DNA from: Macrostomum lignano
Lineage: Eukaryota
DNA length: 64,000 nt
Direction: 5' to 3'
NCBI GenBank assembly: GCA_002269645.1
Contig: NIVC01000292.1
Coordinates: 806,001-870,000 of the forward strand
Translations under genes and position numbers: made by a program
Shown: positions 63,575-64,000 of the stretch, one piece after another
How positions within the stretch are numbered: position 1 is the stretch's first letter
Layout: every line of letters begins with the position of its first letter
The notes under the pieces: generated by a model
Databases searched by the model: none
Told to the model about the DNA's origin: nothing
The model's input: only the letters and a program-made list of their open reading frames with translations

Positions 63575-64000
63575 GAATGTGACAGTTTGGGAATGTGACA
63601 GTTTGGGAATGTGACAGTTTGGGAATGTGACAGTTTGGGAATGTGACAGTTTGGGAATGTGACAGTTTGAGAATGTGACAGTTTGGGAGTGTGACAGTTT
63701 GGGAATGTTACAGTTTGGAAGTGTGACAGTTTGGGAATGTGACAGTTTGGGAATGTGACAGTTTGGGAATGTTACAGTTTGGAAGTGTGACAGTTTTGGA
63801 ATGTGACAGTTTGGGAATGTTACAGTTTGGGAATGTGACAGTTTGGGAATGTGACAGTTTGGGAATGTGACAGTTTTGGAATGTGACAGTATGGGAACGT
63901 AACAGTTTGGGAATGTGACAGTTTGGGAATGTGACAGTTTTGGAATGTGAAAACTTGGGAATGTGACAGTTTTGGAATGTGAAAACTTGGGAATGTGACA
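63575..64000. repeat. 16-bp minisatellite (GGGAATGTGACAGTTT), running off the window end
   Basis: Tandem units. Confidence 0.93.

Overview
Eukaryotic genomic DNA with GT-AG introns, very GC-rich exons and minisatellite-filled introns. The style, plus an FH8/Sm8-like EF-hand gene, suggests a free-living flatworm such as Macrostomum (inference only). Genes reconstructed by hand from splice sites and reading phase: an ankyrin-repeat Ser/Thr kinase (+, 3 exons), two tandem paralogous ~5-TM Cys-rich membrane proteins of unrecognised family (-), an intronless DNAJC14/Jiv-like gene whose J-domain lacks HPD (+), nucleoside diphosphate kinase (+), beta-tubulin (+, 3 exons), the 3' ~3,500 codons of a ryanodine receptor (-, 23 exons, 59963 to 35187, one apparent 1-nt frameshift), and a 68-aa two-EF-hand gene (+) that appears nested antisense in an RyR intron. 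Between the genes lie AT-rich, CpG-depleted domains (about 10-12.4, 16.2-20.2 and 25.1-27.9 kb) holding nested transposons (two hAT-type MITEs with 8-bp TSDs, a tRNA-derived SINE, a foldback-like element). The strongest unexplained signal is a domain-restricted C-to-T decay signature at both CpG and CAG/CTG, best seen in a fossil reading frame at 27.06-27.47 kb whose 11 stops are all TAG/TGA. It resembles plant CHG-methylation decay or fungal RIP more than ordinary animal CpG decay. No CRISPR array, rRNA or genuine tRNA gene was found. Most entries in the ORF track are antisense shadows of GC-rich exons or translations of tandem repeats.
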